A DNA stretch of 64,000 nt, from sequence record LC680884.1. One strand, written 5' to 3'. Position 1 is the first letter of the stretch; each line of letters starts with the position of its first letter. This document shows positions 18,564-27,907 of this stretch, piece after piece. Under the pieces are notes generated by a model. The model made no database searches. It had not been told where the DNA came from and saw nothing but the letters and a program-made list of their open reading frames with translations. Made by a program: the position numbers and the translations under genes.

Positions 18564-19313
18564 ATGAGATTAATCGTAGAAAACGCAGTTAAAGAAGGAA
18601 CTAAAAAGGCTATTACTTATGGAGCAGCTATTGTTGGTGGAGGAATTGCAAGTGCTATTATTGGTAAGAAACTTTCTGAAAAATTACCTGAAAGTGTAAA
18701 AACCAAATTATCACCGAGTAATTATGTGAAAATGGGTAATATTAAGAAGGTAAATCCAGTAGGATTTGTTAAGGATAAATTTAGTAAAAGTAATAATGAT
18801 GAATATATTGAATCTGAAATGAAAGTACATTTACCAGAAAAAGAAAGATTTGAAAAAGATAATGGTGCATATTCATCTCAAAATGTTGGTATGAGAGAAG
18901 CTATTGATCCAAATAGAGAGACATTGGTTCGTGATACTGTTAAGATAAATGAAGATGAGGAAATTAACTTTCAGTCTAATATTATAATTGAAGATGATGA
19001 AGATATTGAAGTTAGCGAAGAGGAAATGAATAGTTTCTTTGATGAAGAAGTTGGAGAAACGGAAGAATTACTTGAAAAAGCTGAGGAAACTTTAGAAGCA
19101 TTAAAAGAAGATAAAAAATCTGACAAGAAATCTAATGCTGATAAGGCAAAGGAAATTGCTTCTAGTAAAGAAAATAAAAAACCATTTTATGAAGAAATTG
19201 CAAGTAAAGATAAAGAAGCTACAAAAGAACCAGTAAAGAAACCAAAAGCAACAAAGAAAGAAAAGACCGACAGTAAGACTAAGAAAAAAGAAAAGGAAAA
19301 AGCTGAAAAGTAA
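18564..19313 (+). CDS. Membrane-anchored acidic/Lys-rich protein
   Basis: SD GGAGGAG favours ATG 18564; TM ITYGAAIVGGGIASAIIG, then a long E/D-rich and K-rich low-complexity tail. Confidence 0.7.
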   Translation: MRLIVENAVKEGTKKAITYGAAIVGGGIASAIIGKKLSEKLPESVKTKLSPSNYVKMGNIKKVNPVGFVKDKFSKSNNDEYIESEMKVHLPEKERFEKDNGAYSSQNVGMREAIDPNRETLVRDTVKINEDEEINFQSNIIIEDDEDIEVSEEEMNSFFDEEVGETEELLEKAEETLEALKEDKKSDKKSNADKAKEIASSKENKKPFYEEIASKDKEATKEPVKKPKATKKEKTDSKTKKKEKEKAEK

Positions 19314-19334
19314 TATTTAATATAAATAGGGAGG

Positions 19335-20009
19335 ATGAAGGAGATATTCTTTATCTCCTTCATTTTGAAAACTGAAAGGATTGTTGAAAAGGTGAAGGTA
19401 ATTAGCGTTAATGAAAATGTTTTTGATCAAAAATATCGTGAAAAGAGTCTTGCATTCTTTGATCTAATTAGTAAAGAAAAATTTAGAGATGCATATTATG
19501 TAATTAATAATAAAGGAGAAGAAAATACATTTTCTATTACAACGTTAAAAAATGGTAAACCAATGTCTCTCCCCGAAAGTAAGTTTTACCAAGCTCTAGG
19601 ATTAAATCAAAAGAGTGTTAGTAATAAAGATCTAGAGGACATATTTGGTAAAACCCTCATCGTTATTTCCAAATCTGACTTCTTCAAAAGAGTAAGAAAA
19701 GAAATTATCAAAATTGAACGTAGACGATTCTGGAAGAAATTTAAAAAGATTCATGATGTAACCTCTATTATCGAATCCCTTCAAAAAGGAGAAGAAATTA
19801 TAGTAGAAGTTGTTCACAGAGGAGATGAGTTAATTCCTAAATCTAGTCTTAGAATTGAAGAAAATTCTTTCTGTTTAAATACAGGTGGAGTTATAAAAGA
19901 AATTACTGCAACAGAAGCCTTAGATTATATTGTATCTTATATCAAAAGGCAGACACATAAAAAGGACGACAGTTTAAGAGAATTTATTGTAAATACATTT
20001 ATGTCATGA
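19335..20009 (+). CDS. Hypothetical protein
   Basis: 224-aa ORF in the early operon; start uncertain. Confidence 0.65.
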   Translation: MKEIFFISFILKTERIVEKVKVISVNENVFDQKYREKSLAFFDLISKEKFRDAYYVINNKGEENTFSITTLKNGKPMSLPESKFYQALGLNQKSVSNKDLEDIFGKTLIVISKSDFFKRVRKEIIKIERRRFWKKFKKIHDVTSIIESLQKGEEIIVEVVHRGDELIPKSSLRIEENSFCLNTGGVIKEITATEALDYIVSYIKRQTHKKDDSLREFIVNTFMS

Positions 20010-20021
20010 GGAGAAATAATA

Positions 20022-20417
20022 ATGCTAAAGAGAAAATTAACTTATACTAATGGGGATATCCAAAGTGCTGTAACGGTAGAAATTAGTAAAGAACTAATGG
20101 AAGATGTTTTTCAAACTATTCCCGGAGGTCATTTTACTGCTGGTAGAATTAGTTCTATTATGATTAGTCATTCTACGGAGGGAAGAGGTTTAATATTTAT
20201 ACCTATTCGAATAACTAGTCCTAACAGTCAAAATATAAATTATTATGATAGAATGGTTAGTGCTCCAATTGCGAAAAATCCTATTGAATGGACTCAAATG
20301 GTTGAAGGAGAGAGTATTATATTTAATACTAACTCTCTTACTGAATCATTTGCAAAAAATAGAATTGAATCATTTGCAAATACCATAGTAAAAAAGTATT
20401 TTCAACATTTAGAATAA
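20022..20417 (+). CDS. Hypothetical protein
   Basis: SD GAGGAG; 131 aa. Confidence 0.75.
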   Translation: MLKRKLTYTNGDIQSAVTVEISKELMEDVFQTIPGGHFTAGRISSIMISHSTEGRGLIFIPIRITSPNSQNINYYDRMVSAPIAKNPIEWTQMVEGESIIFNTNSLTESFAKNRIESFANTIVKKYFQHLE

Positions 20418-20445
20418 AAATCTAAAGAAAGGAAGGAAATTTAAG

Positions 20446-20847
20446 ATGAATATACTTGTTCAACTGTTCAATGACCAGTTTATTCTTGGATTAAGAAATA
20501 ACTGGAAAGACCTAAAAGATGTATTGATTTTAAATCTTCCTTCTTACAGGCTTGTAAAGACTTCCAGTAATTTAATGATTAGATATTCAGTTAATAATAT
20601 TAGTTTATATATGCCAATAAAAGTCTGTAATGCGGATTATTTAGATCTTGCATGTTATACCACAATAATTGAAAAGCCTCTTGATTATAGAGAGGCTTTA
20701 ACTATTGATTTAAATCATGAAAATACTATAATTGACAGTAAATTACTATTACCAAAAGGAAGAAATCTATTCTATACAACTATAAAGGATGTAGTGGAGG
20801 ATTTACTTACCAATGATGAAAAAGGTATCCTTCAGTCACAGGCTTAA
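20446..20847 (+). CDS. Hypothetical protein (paralogue of the next gene)
   Basis: SD AGGAAGG; shares SS.N..I.Y..N...Y.P...L..Y..I with 20813-21253. Confidence 0.7.
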   Translation: MNILVQLFNDQFILGLRNNWKDLKDVLILNLPSYRLVKTSSNLMIRYSVNNISLYMPIKVCNADYLDLACYTTIIEKPLDYREALTIDLNHENTIIDSKLLLPKGRNLFYTTIKDVVEDLLTNDEKGILQSQA

Positions 20848-21253
20848 TTCTATGTTGAGTCATATTCCATATATGTTGACTGAAAGAAATGGAATAAGAA
20901 AAGTGATACTTGTTACTGATGATACCATACAAAAGAATATTAGTAAACTTAGACGTAATACCATTATTTCAATGTGTATAAATTCATCAGATAACGTATT
21001 AATTGAGTATGAAAACAATAAAGAAAATAGAAAGATTTATATACCAGTAGAAGGTAAGAGTCTTATGAAAAGTTTTAACCTAGGTATATATTCTAAAATA
21101 CAGGATTACAATGAACTTATAGGTATAGCTGATGCCAGAAAGCTATATAAAATAATTTCATCAAAACTATTACCAAATAGATATATAAATGATTTAATTG
21201 CCATTGAAAAATCTGTATTTAAGACGAGGGATATAATAGATGAAATAAGTTAA
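20813..21253 (+). CDS. Hypothetical protein (paralogue of the previous gene)
   Basis: 146 aa, overlapping the previous gene end. Confidence 0.7.
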   Translation: MMKKVSFSHRLNSMLSHIPYMLTERNGIRKVILVTDDTIQKNISKLRRNTIISMCINSSDNVLIEYENNKENRKIYIPVEGKSLMKSFNLGIYSKIQDYNELIGIADARKLYKIISSKLLPNRYINDLIAIEKSVFKTRDIIDEIS

Positions 21254-21274
21254 TCTTTAGGAGGACATTACTAA

Positions 21275-21313
21275 ATGATTAAGGTATTTAAAATTTCAAT
21301 CGAATACGAATAG
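21275..21313 (+). CDS. Micro-ORF MIKVFKISIEYE (12 aa)
   Basis: TTAGGAGG SD about 10 nt before ATG; fills the intergenic gap. Confidence 0.35.
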   Translation: MIKVFKISIEYE

Positions 21314-21344
21314 TAAAAAATAAAAATTAGGATGGTGCTGAATT

Positions 21345-21530
21345 ATGAATAATTATAAAATTGGACAGTGGGTGGTAATCCATGTAATTAAAGGATTTCA
21401 TCAAGAATATGTTGACGCAGAAATTATGGATATTTATGGAAATCTTATTGCTTTATGTGATAAGAAAGGAAGAAAATTCATAGTTAAACCAGATGCAATT
21501 ACTGGTTTAACTATGAATAAAGGGGCTTAA
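21345..21530 (+). CDS. Small hypothetical protein (SH3-like beta barrel?)
   Basis: YKIGQWVVI...AEIMDIYGNLIAL; followed by a terminator. Confidence 0.65.
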   Translation: MNNYKIGQWVVIHVIKGFHQEYVDAEIMDIYGNLIALCDKKGRKFIVKPDAITGLTMNKGA

Positions 21531-21549
21531 TAGCCCTTATTTTTTTTTT
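21519..21549 (+). terminator. Intrinsic terminator
   Basis: AAGGGGCT-TAAT-AGCCCTT followed by a long T run. Confidence 0.8.
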
Positions 21550-21562
21550 CTATTTTTTCCAA

Positions 21563-21574
21563 AACAAATAGCTA
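21563..21574 (+). promoter_or_regulatory. Late-type promoter motif
   Basis: AACA-AATAGC-TA right after the terminator, before 21603. Confidence 0.6.
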
Positions 21575-21602
21575 TAGATATAGAATAGGACGGTGGTTTA
21601 TT

Positions 21603-21980
21603 ATGTCTACAAAGCAAATTAGACGATTTCCAATATATCTTCAAAGTGAACAAATAGTATTGATGCCAAAAAACTGTGATATAGTATCTGTAAAGAGTCA
21701 ACAGGATAATATAGCCTTATTTGCATTAGTTAATCCCAATGAGGATAAATTAGAGGAAATAGAAGTAAAATTATATAGTGATGAGGAAAATATTGATATT
21801 GATGTTTCTAAATATCGTTATTTGGATTCAGTATTATTACGATCTGGATGCATTACATACCATGTTTTCATAAGATATGTAAGTAATAACAGTGGTGTAA
21901 GCAATAGTAGTGAAAAAATAAATACAAATATTTATAATACTGAAACTAAAAAAGGGTTACTTTCATCATTATTATCATAA
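21603..21980 (+). CDS. Conserved small phage protein (DUF7352-like)
   Basis: IRRFPI...MPKNCDIVSVKSQQDNIALFALVNP...YLDSV...YHVF pattern. Confidence 0.55.
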   Translation: MSTKQIRRFPIYLQSEQIVLMPKNCDIVSVKSQQDNIALFALVNPNEDKLEEIEVKLYSDEENIDIDVSKYRYLDSVLLRSGCITYHVFIRYVSNNSGVSNSSEKINTNIYNTETKKGLLSSLLS

Positions 21981-22016
21981 CATGAATATATTATGGTAAT
22001 CCTGAACAAATAAATA
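21979..22016 (+). promoter_or_regulatory. Two tandem late-type promoter motifs
   Basis: AACA-TGAATA-TA (21979-21990) and AACA-AATAAA-TA (22005-22016) before 22042. Confidence 0.55.
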
Positions 22017-22041
22017 AGATACTTAACTTAGGGGGATTAAT

Positions 22042-22974
22042 ATGAAAAAAATTACTGATAGTGCGCTGTTTAGACAAGTAGTTGCCAATGAAAGTGTTGT
22101 AAAAAGTATTAAAAATATTCATGTGTCTAGAGATAGAGTGGATATAACTAAATTAGATGAATCATTAAACATTATTAGTCGAAGAATTACTTTTCCAACT
22201 AAAGGAAAGACTATGCAATATGTAAATAAAGGAGATATCATTCTTATCAATAATCCAACTATTAAATTACCAAAATATCTAAGTACCTTTGGTAAAGTTG
22301 AAGGTGGAAAAATTGTTGCTTTAGTTGACATTGGTTATTATTCAACTGTGAATAAAACAACAGGAATGTATGATATCTACCCAAAAACACTTTTTAACCT
22401 TATGCAGAATGGAACAATATTGTTAGAATTAGTCAATAACTGGAATCGTTTTACTAACAATATGACAATCCTTAAAAATGGAGCAATTGTCTACTCAAAA
22501 CTAGTTGGTAAAGTAATGGATAAACTATTTGCTATTAATATTGATGATTATAAATTAGATCTCATTAACTTCTTTTTAGCTAAATTCTTCCTTATTAATT
22601 TATGTGGAAAAACTAATAATGATACTGTAGATAATATTGCTTATCATGCTTGTTTTAATAAGTCATCTCTTAAACTTATTAAAGAGGAAGAAATGCGTTT
22701 TGATAATAATGCGTATGAAGATATTTTTAAATTATTTGATAATTTAAGAGATATCAAAGGAATGAAAGATTTAAATGTTAGAAGTTTTGTAGAGAACTGG
22801 GCAAGAATGTATGGTGAGACTACATTATTAGGCTTGGACTATCTTCCTTCTTTCCTTTCAACTATTTTTGGAGCTGTAGTAAATGGTAATATCTCCAAAG
22901 ATTATATTATTGAAAGTGTTGCTGGAAAATTTATTAATAGTATTTATACAGAATTTAGTAAACTACTAAAATAA
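22042..22974 (+). CDS. Hypothetical (probable virion) protein
   Basis: 310 aa; heads the late structural operon. Confidence 0.75.
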   Translation: MKKITDSALFRQVVANESVVKSIKNIHVSRDRVDITKLDESLNIISRRITFPTKGKTMQYVNKGDIILINNPTIKLPKYLSTFGKVEGGKIVALVDIGYYSTVNKTTGMYDIYPKTLFNLMQNGTILLELVNNWNRFTNNMTILKNGAIVYSKLVGKVMDKLFAINIDDYKLDLINFFLAKFFLINLCGKTNNDTVDNIAYHACFNKSSLKLIKEEEMRFDNNAYEDIFKLFDNLRDIKGMKDLNVRSFVENWARMYGETTLLGLDYLPSFLSTIFGAVVNGNISKDYIIESVAGKFINSIYTEFSKLLK

Positions 22975-22990
22975 AGAGAGGTGATTTGGA

Positions 22991-25543
22991 ATGTTGAATG
23001 CTACTCTAAAGAGTATTTCATTAAATAAGAGTTCTTTAGATTCAATTAGTGTTCAAATTATTGCTGAAATTATCAATGATTCTGGCTATCCTGTTAAATT
23101 TAAGATTTTAGATGAAAAAGGAAATGTGCTAGATGGAATAGATAACTTTGTAGCTACTCCAATCAATATCTCTAAATTTTTTTATATTAGTAAGGATTAT
23201 TTTCAAGGAACTGAAACTGAATTTATTTTATATATGGAAGATGAGAGTGGTGCAACATCCTCTGTATCTAAAAAAATTGATACATTTAATATAGAAAATC
23301 TTTCAAGATCAGCTGTAGAGGAATTCCAATGGAGTGTAAGGAATTTCTCTACGGTTCCTATTTATTCAATTATTCAAGTATTGAATAATGAAGGTGAAAT
23401 AATTTATAATAGTAATGAGTATAAAAAAATTTATGGTATTGATTATACACTATACAAGTATGTATGCAATGATCTTTTAAATACATCCGAAGGTGAATAT
23501 TACTATAGAGTAAAATATTATAGTAAAGAAGAAAATTGGAATAGGTTTTATCCTAGTGAATCTGGTCTTAAATTAACATTGAGAGATAATACTAATCCTC
23601 GGTTGAGGATAAAGGATACCAAGATAAGAAGAGAAACTGATCATTTTGCTTTATCATCAAGAATATTGATTAGTGATGATGAAGAAGACGATATAATCTA
23701 TACGATAACTGATAATATTGGGAGTTCTATTGTTAATCTAAGAAGCTATACTTATAGTCCAAAATTAGAGCATCTCTATTATGAATATCCATTTAGTTAT
23801 TTTAATGTAAGTAAACTCACTCTAACAGTTGATGTAAATGATAAATTATACGGTAAAAGTCAACAACAAGATACTATTAAGCTTTATGATCTATATGATT
23901 TTTATCGTGAAAGAAATATGTTTAAATGGAAATTTCGAAATTACTCAAACAAGAGTATAGCAATGCAAGTAGAAGTAACTGATTTTGATGGTAAAATTAT
24001 TAAATCCGGTCAGGTTATTAGATATAGAAATAGTAACAATTATATTGACTTAGAAGATGAAACTAAATTCATTCTTGATAGGGATTACTATAAATACCAC
24101 TTAAAAGTATGGTGTGATGAAGAGGATTGGGAAGAATACTATCCATTTGATAAAAGATTAGAAGATGGCATTCAATTTACAGTAAGAAAACATAAAGACC
24201 CTGTAGTTACTATTAATGAATGTCGTATATACCGAGATTTAGATAATATAAAATATTTATTACTAAAAGCAAATATTAAAGATGATCCAGAGAATGACCA
24301 ATTCTTATTCACCATATCTGATGAAGATGGTAATATAATACGAAAAGCAAGAGATTTTATTGATACGCCATATGATTTAGATATAAAAGCCGTATATGAT
24401 ATAATAGATAGAACACATGTCAATATCACTCTAGCCATACAAGATGATAACAATGGAGAAAATATTCAAACTGTTTTAGCACCTGCATTTCAAATTAACG
24501 GATTAAAACAAGATAAAGGTCATATATTCTCATGGTATGTAGATAATTATTCAATTCAAAATTTAAAATTTTCCATTGAAATATTAAAAGAAAATGAAGA
24601 AACAACTGAAGAAGATTATATCGTCTATAGAGAGAGTGACTATCAAACTATCGGAAGTACTGTGAGACCAAGATTTGTTGAACAACGACTATATCCAAAA
24701 CTTCCTGAAGGCTCTTATCGTTATCGTTTAAAGATTTATTCTGAACATGAGGACTGGACTACGTATTATCCAAATGAAAAGGGATATGCATTTTCAGCAT
24801 TAAAGAATAATAAACCAGAAATTGAAGTACATTCGATAGAGCTAAAAAAAGAGGAAGATAATAAATTTGGTCTTTCAATTAATGGATCTGTTACAGATAT
24901 TGACGAAGATCTCGTTAAATTAACTGCAAAAGATCAATATGGTAATAAATTACTTGATAATGATTTTCAAAAAACACCTTTAGATTTTTCTATAAATTAT
25001 GGTTACAATGTGTCACAATTATTATCACCTAGATTAATAGTTTATATGGATGCATTAGATGAAGGAGATGCATTAAATACTAGAACTGAAATTATCAATC
25101 TTTTTGATATTCAAAATTTATATAGAGATTATGATAATTTTTATTGGTTATTTAGAAATTTCACAAATATTCCAATTATAATGCAGGTTGAAATACTTGA
25201 CAATGAAGGTAATTTAGAGGGTGCAGGAAAAGAAATAAGTGTTGGAAATCAAAGAGAATATAGAGAATACTTAGAGAGTATCAAATTTGATGATTATGAT
25301 GAAGGTAATTATTTCTTTAGGATTAGACTTTCTACGCCCTCAGAAACGTGGACATCCTTCTATCCTAATATAAATGGTTTACCATTTGAAATGATTAAGA
25401 ATAATGCCCCTATAATAAATGTAGATTCAACCAATGTTAAAAGAATTGGAAGTAGCCACTATGATGTATCAATAAAAGCTACTATAACTGATAAAGATGG
25501 AAATAAGGTTTATTATACAATAAGGGACGATATCAAGGAGTGA
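22991..25543 (+). CDS. Virion protein made of ~200-aa tandem beta-sandwich repeats
   Basis: Four full repeats of F.W.F.NYS...I.MQVEI.D..G...Y.YR.K.....W..YYP...G..F, plus the start of a fifth. Confidence 0.75.
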   Translation: MLNATLKSISLNKSSLDSISVQIIAEIINDSGYPVKFKILDEKGNVLDGIDNFVATPINISKFFYISKDYFQGTETEFILYMEDESGATSSVSKKIDTFNIENLSRSAVEEFQWSVRNFSTVPIYSIIQVLNNEGEIIYNSNEYKKIYGIDYTLYKYVCNDLLNTSEGEYYYRVKYYSKEENWNRFYPSESGLKLTLRDNTNPRLRIKDTKIRRETDHFALSSRILISDDEEDDIIYTITDNIGSSIVNLRSYTYSPKLEHLYYEYPFSYFNVSKLTLTVDVNDKLYGKSQQQDTIKLYDLYDFYRERNMFKWKFRNYSNKSIAMQVEVTDFDGKIIKSGQVIRYRNSNNYIDLEDETKFILDRDYYKYHLKVWCDEEDWEEYYPFDKRLEDGIQFTVRKHKDPVVTINECRIYRDLDNIKYLLLKANIKDDPENDQFLFTISDEDGNIIRKARDFIDTPYDLDIKAVYDIIDRTHVNITLAIQDDNNGENIQTVLAPAFQINGLKQDKGHIFSWYVDNYSIQNLKFSIEILKENEETTEEDYIVYRESDYQTIGSTVRPRFVEQRLYPKLPEGSYRYRLKIYSEHEDWTTYYPNEKGYAFSALKNNKPEIEVHSIELKKEEDNKFGLSINGSVTDIDEDLVKLTAKDQYGNKLLDNDFQKTPLDFSINYGYNVSQLLSPRLIVYMDALDEGDALNTRTEIINLFDIQNLYRDYDNFYWLFRNFTNIPIIMQVEILDNEGNLEGAGKEISVGNQREYREYLESIKFDDYDEGNYFFRIRLSTPSETWTSFYPNINGLPFEMIKNNAPIINVDSTNVKRIGSSHYDVSIKATITDKDGNKVYYTIRDDIKE

Positions 25544-25550
25544 TAAATTT

Positions 25551-27884
25551 ATGTCAATTAGATTTCAATCCGAATTCTTAAATTCACCTATTGACATTGA
25601 TGAACTTCTCAGTTATAACACAGATGGGTTCGATAGTACCCATCTGACCCTTTCTATAACTGCGAGAGATGATAATGGTGCAACAACTGAGAAAGATGAG
25701 GAAATCCCTCTTTTCTATATTGGAGAATTAGATAAACAAAAAAATCAATTCTCTTGGAATTTTAAAAACTATTCTAAACTAGAGATCTACATGCAAATAG
25801 AAATTATAGATAATAACGGCGATGTAATCACTAGAGGAGAAAAATTTAAAAAATCTCTCAGTATTACAGATACACTATTTACAGATAATTTACCTTCTGT
25901 CACTTATAAGAATGATGAATATTTTTATCGTTTAAGAGTATGGTGTGTTGATGAAGCTTGGGACAGTTATTTTCCAAATAGAGATGGGATATTATTTAAA
26001 ATTGATAAAGATTATAAAGAACTAAGAGAAATAACTATCAATGGCGATATTCGTTATATGAATAAATTTTTAATGGATAAATTAACAAATAAAAATTATA
26101 TTGATCCTAGTTATATTAAAAAATTAATAAATCTTATTTGTAATCCAGTAAATAATAGAGTATTTAAATTAACTACTGGTACTAAAGGAAAATATCTATT
26201 AACTAATAAGTTTGATGCTTATGGCGAAGAGGCTAATTTTGGGGTAAATGGTGAAAAGTATCAATTTACTATGAAAGATATAAATCATTTTATATCTGAT
26301 AGACATAAATTAAATGCGTATGTTGATGGTAAAAAGATATTTCACCGAGACAATAATTCTCAAAATAAGTTAGATGGAATAAGTCGTTCGTATTTAAAAG
26401 AGGGTGATATAAAAGATGATTCAACTATAGAATTGGAAACTTTTAGAAACCCATTAATTGATTACGAAGAAATTAAATGTACTTATATTATTCAAACAAA
26501 AGAAGACGTTGAGAATCTATATACAAAGGGAATTACTGTTAAAACAGATGGAATTGGAAAATATTTCTCTCATAGAGATTTTTCAGTTTATGTTAGATTC
26601 AAGAATAGTAACTCATGGAAACGTGTTAATCCTAAAAGAACTAAAATTATTGTTAATTACTTTACAGAAGATCGTTTTTCTCTAGAGGTAATTATAAAAG
26701 ATAATTACATTCCGAAAATTGGGAATGAGATTATGGTAGTTTCCAATAATATCACTGAATCAATGTTCTTTAAGACTGATGCTTTTAACTTAATGGCAAA
26801 TTACTATCAAGTTCCATGTTATTTTGTTCCTGTTTCTCATGTGACAAGTAATGGTGAAGTAGTTACAGAATTTATGGAAGATATAGAAAATGTAGAGGTA
26901 TTTGTTAATGGATATCGGTTAACTCCCAATGATGATTTTGCATTAATTAATATGCAACTTCATAATCAAATTCCAAGTATGATTCTTTTTAAAGATATGA
27001 CTCATTTTGGTTCTAAAATTGAATTAACTTTTAGAGATTATATGAAAAACTCATACTTTTTCTTTAGTGAAGTTCCAAAGAGAGAGGATAACAGGGCAAT
27101 AATAACTCTACAAGATGATTCTTATCCTTTAATAGATGGAACTTTTACTATTTATGCCAACAATAAGAAGCTAAATAGTACACAATACGATATCATAAAC
27201 TCTAAATCACTTATTTTAAAAAATATTGGAACCAGAAAAAATATAATGATTACTTTTCATTATCAAGAAGATGATCTTCTTAAAAGACTAATTGAACTCT
27301 ATAAAAAATATCCCTCAAAAGATGATATCAAGTCAAAGAGAATTGGTCAAGATAAATTCATTGAAGAATGGTTAAAAACTCATTCAAGTGAAGCTATAGA
27401 AGAAACTGATCAAGATAAATATATTGGACTTAAATATATTTATCAATTGAAAGATAAATATCAATATTTTGAGCAACTATTTAATATGATTAAAAATAAT
27501 ATTGCTCCCGAATTAGATTCAAATAACAACAATCTTTTTACTGGTTTAAAAGAAAGTCCAGTAGTTATGGATTATATGAAAAAATTACCTACCTATTTCA
27601 ATCATGATATAAGTGTTAACTGTAACAGATCCTATAATGAACGGAGATTTGAGGATAATATTTCCTTATTTAATCCCGGCAGGTCTTATCTTATTAATAC
27701 AAAAGTAGATAGACAATTTATACAGGATAAAGATTGTGATTTTGACTGCAATGAAATTGGTAGTATTGAGTTTTTAACTTATTTGAACGAAAATTTATCA
27801 CTAGTGTTGCCTTACTTAAATAACAATATATTAATCGATTGTAATGAACCGTATGATAAGGTAAATTACAAAGGATTAAAATAA
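25551..27884 (+). CDS. Virion/baseplate protein; N-terminus completes the repeat begun in the upstream ORF
   Basis: FSWNFKNYSKLEIYMQIEIIDNNG...YFYRLRVW..DEAWDSYFP matches the upstream repeat; own SD AAGGAG. Confidence 0.75.
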   Translation: MSIRFQSEFLNSPIDIDELLSYNTDGFDSTHLTLSITARDDNGATTEKDEEIPLFYIGELDKQKNQFSWNFKNYSKLEIYMQIEIIDNNGDVITRGEKFKKSLSITDTLFTDNLPSVTYKNDEYFYRLRVWCVDEAWDSYFPNRDGILFKIDKDYKELREITINGDIRYMNKFLMDKLTNKNYIDPSYIKKLINLICNPVNNRVFKLTTGTKGKYLLTNKFDAYGEEANFGVNGEKYQFTMKDINHFISDRHKLNAYVDGKKIFHRDNNSQNKLDGISRSYLKEGDIKDDSTIELETFRNPLIDYEEIKCTYIIQTKEDVENLYTKGITVKTDGIGKYFSHRDFSVYVRFKNSNSWKRVNPKRTKIIVNYFTEDRFSLEVIIKDNYIPKIGNEIMVVSNNITESMFFKTDAFNLMANYYQVPCYFVPVSHVTSNGEVVTEFMEDIENVEVFVNGYRLTPNDDFALINMQLHNQIPSMILFKDMTHFGSKIELTFRDYMKNSYFFFSEVPKREDNRAIITLQDDSYPLIDGTFTIYANNKKLNSTQYDIINSKSLILKNIGTRKNIMITFHYQEDDLLKRLIELYKKYPSKDDIKSKRIGQDKFIEEWLKTHSSEAIEETDQDKYIGLKYIYQLKDKYQYFEQLFNMIKNNIAPELDSNNNNLFTGLKESPVVMDYMKKLPTYFNHDISVNCNRSYNERRFEDNISLFNPGRSYLINTKVDRQFIQDKDCDFDCNEIGSIEFLTYLNENLSLVLPYLNNNILIDCNEPYDKVNYKGLK

Positions 27885-27907
27885 CAGAAAAGGATGTGTA
27901 GACTCTA

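Noticed and set aside
8791-26685. Short nested or antisense ORFs (8791, 12479, 12937, 15290, 15887, 19632, 22119, 24172, 26458)
   Set aside because: Nested in longer, well-supported genes; no recognisable motifs.
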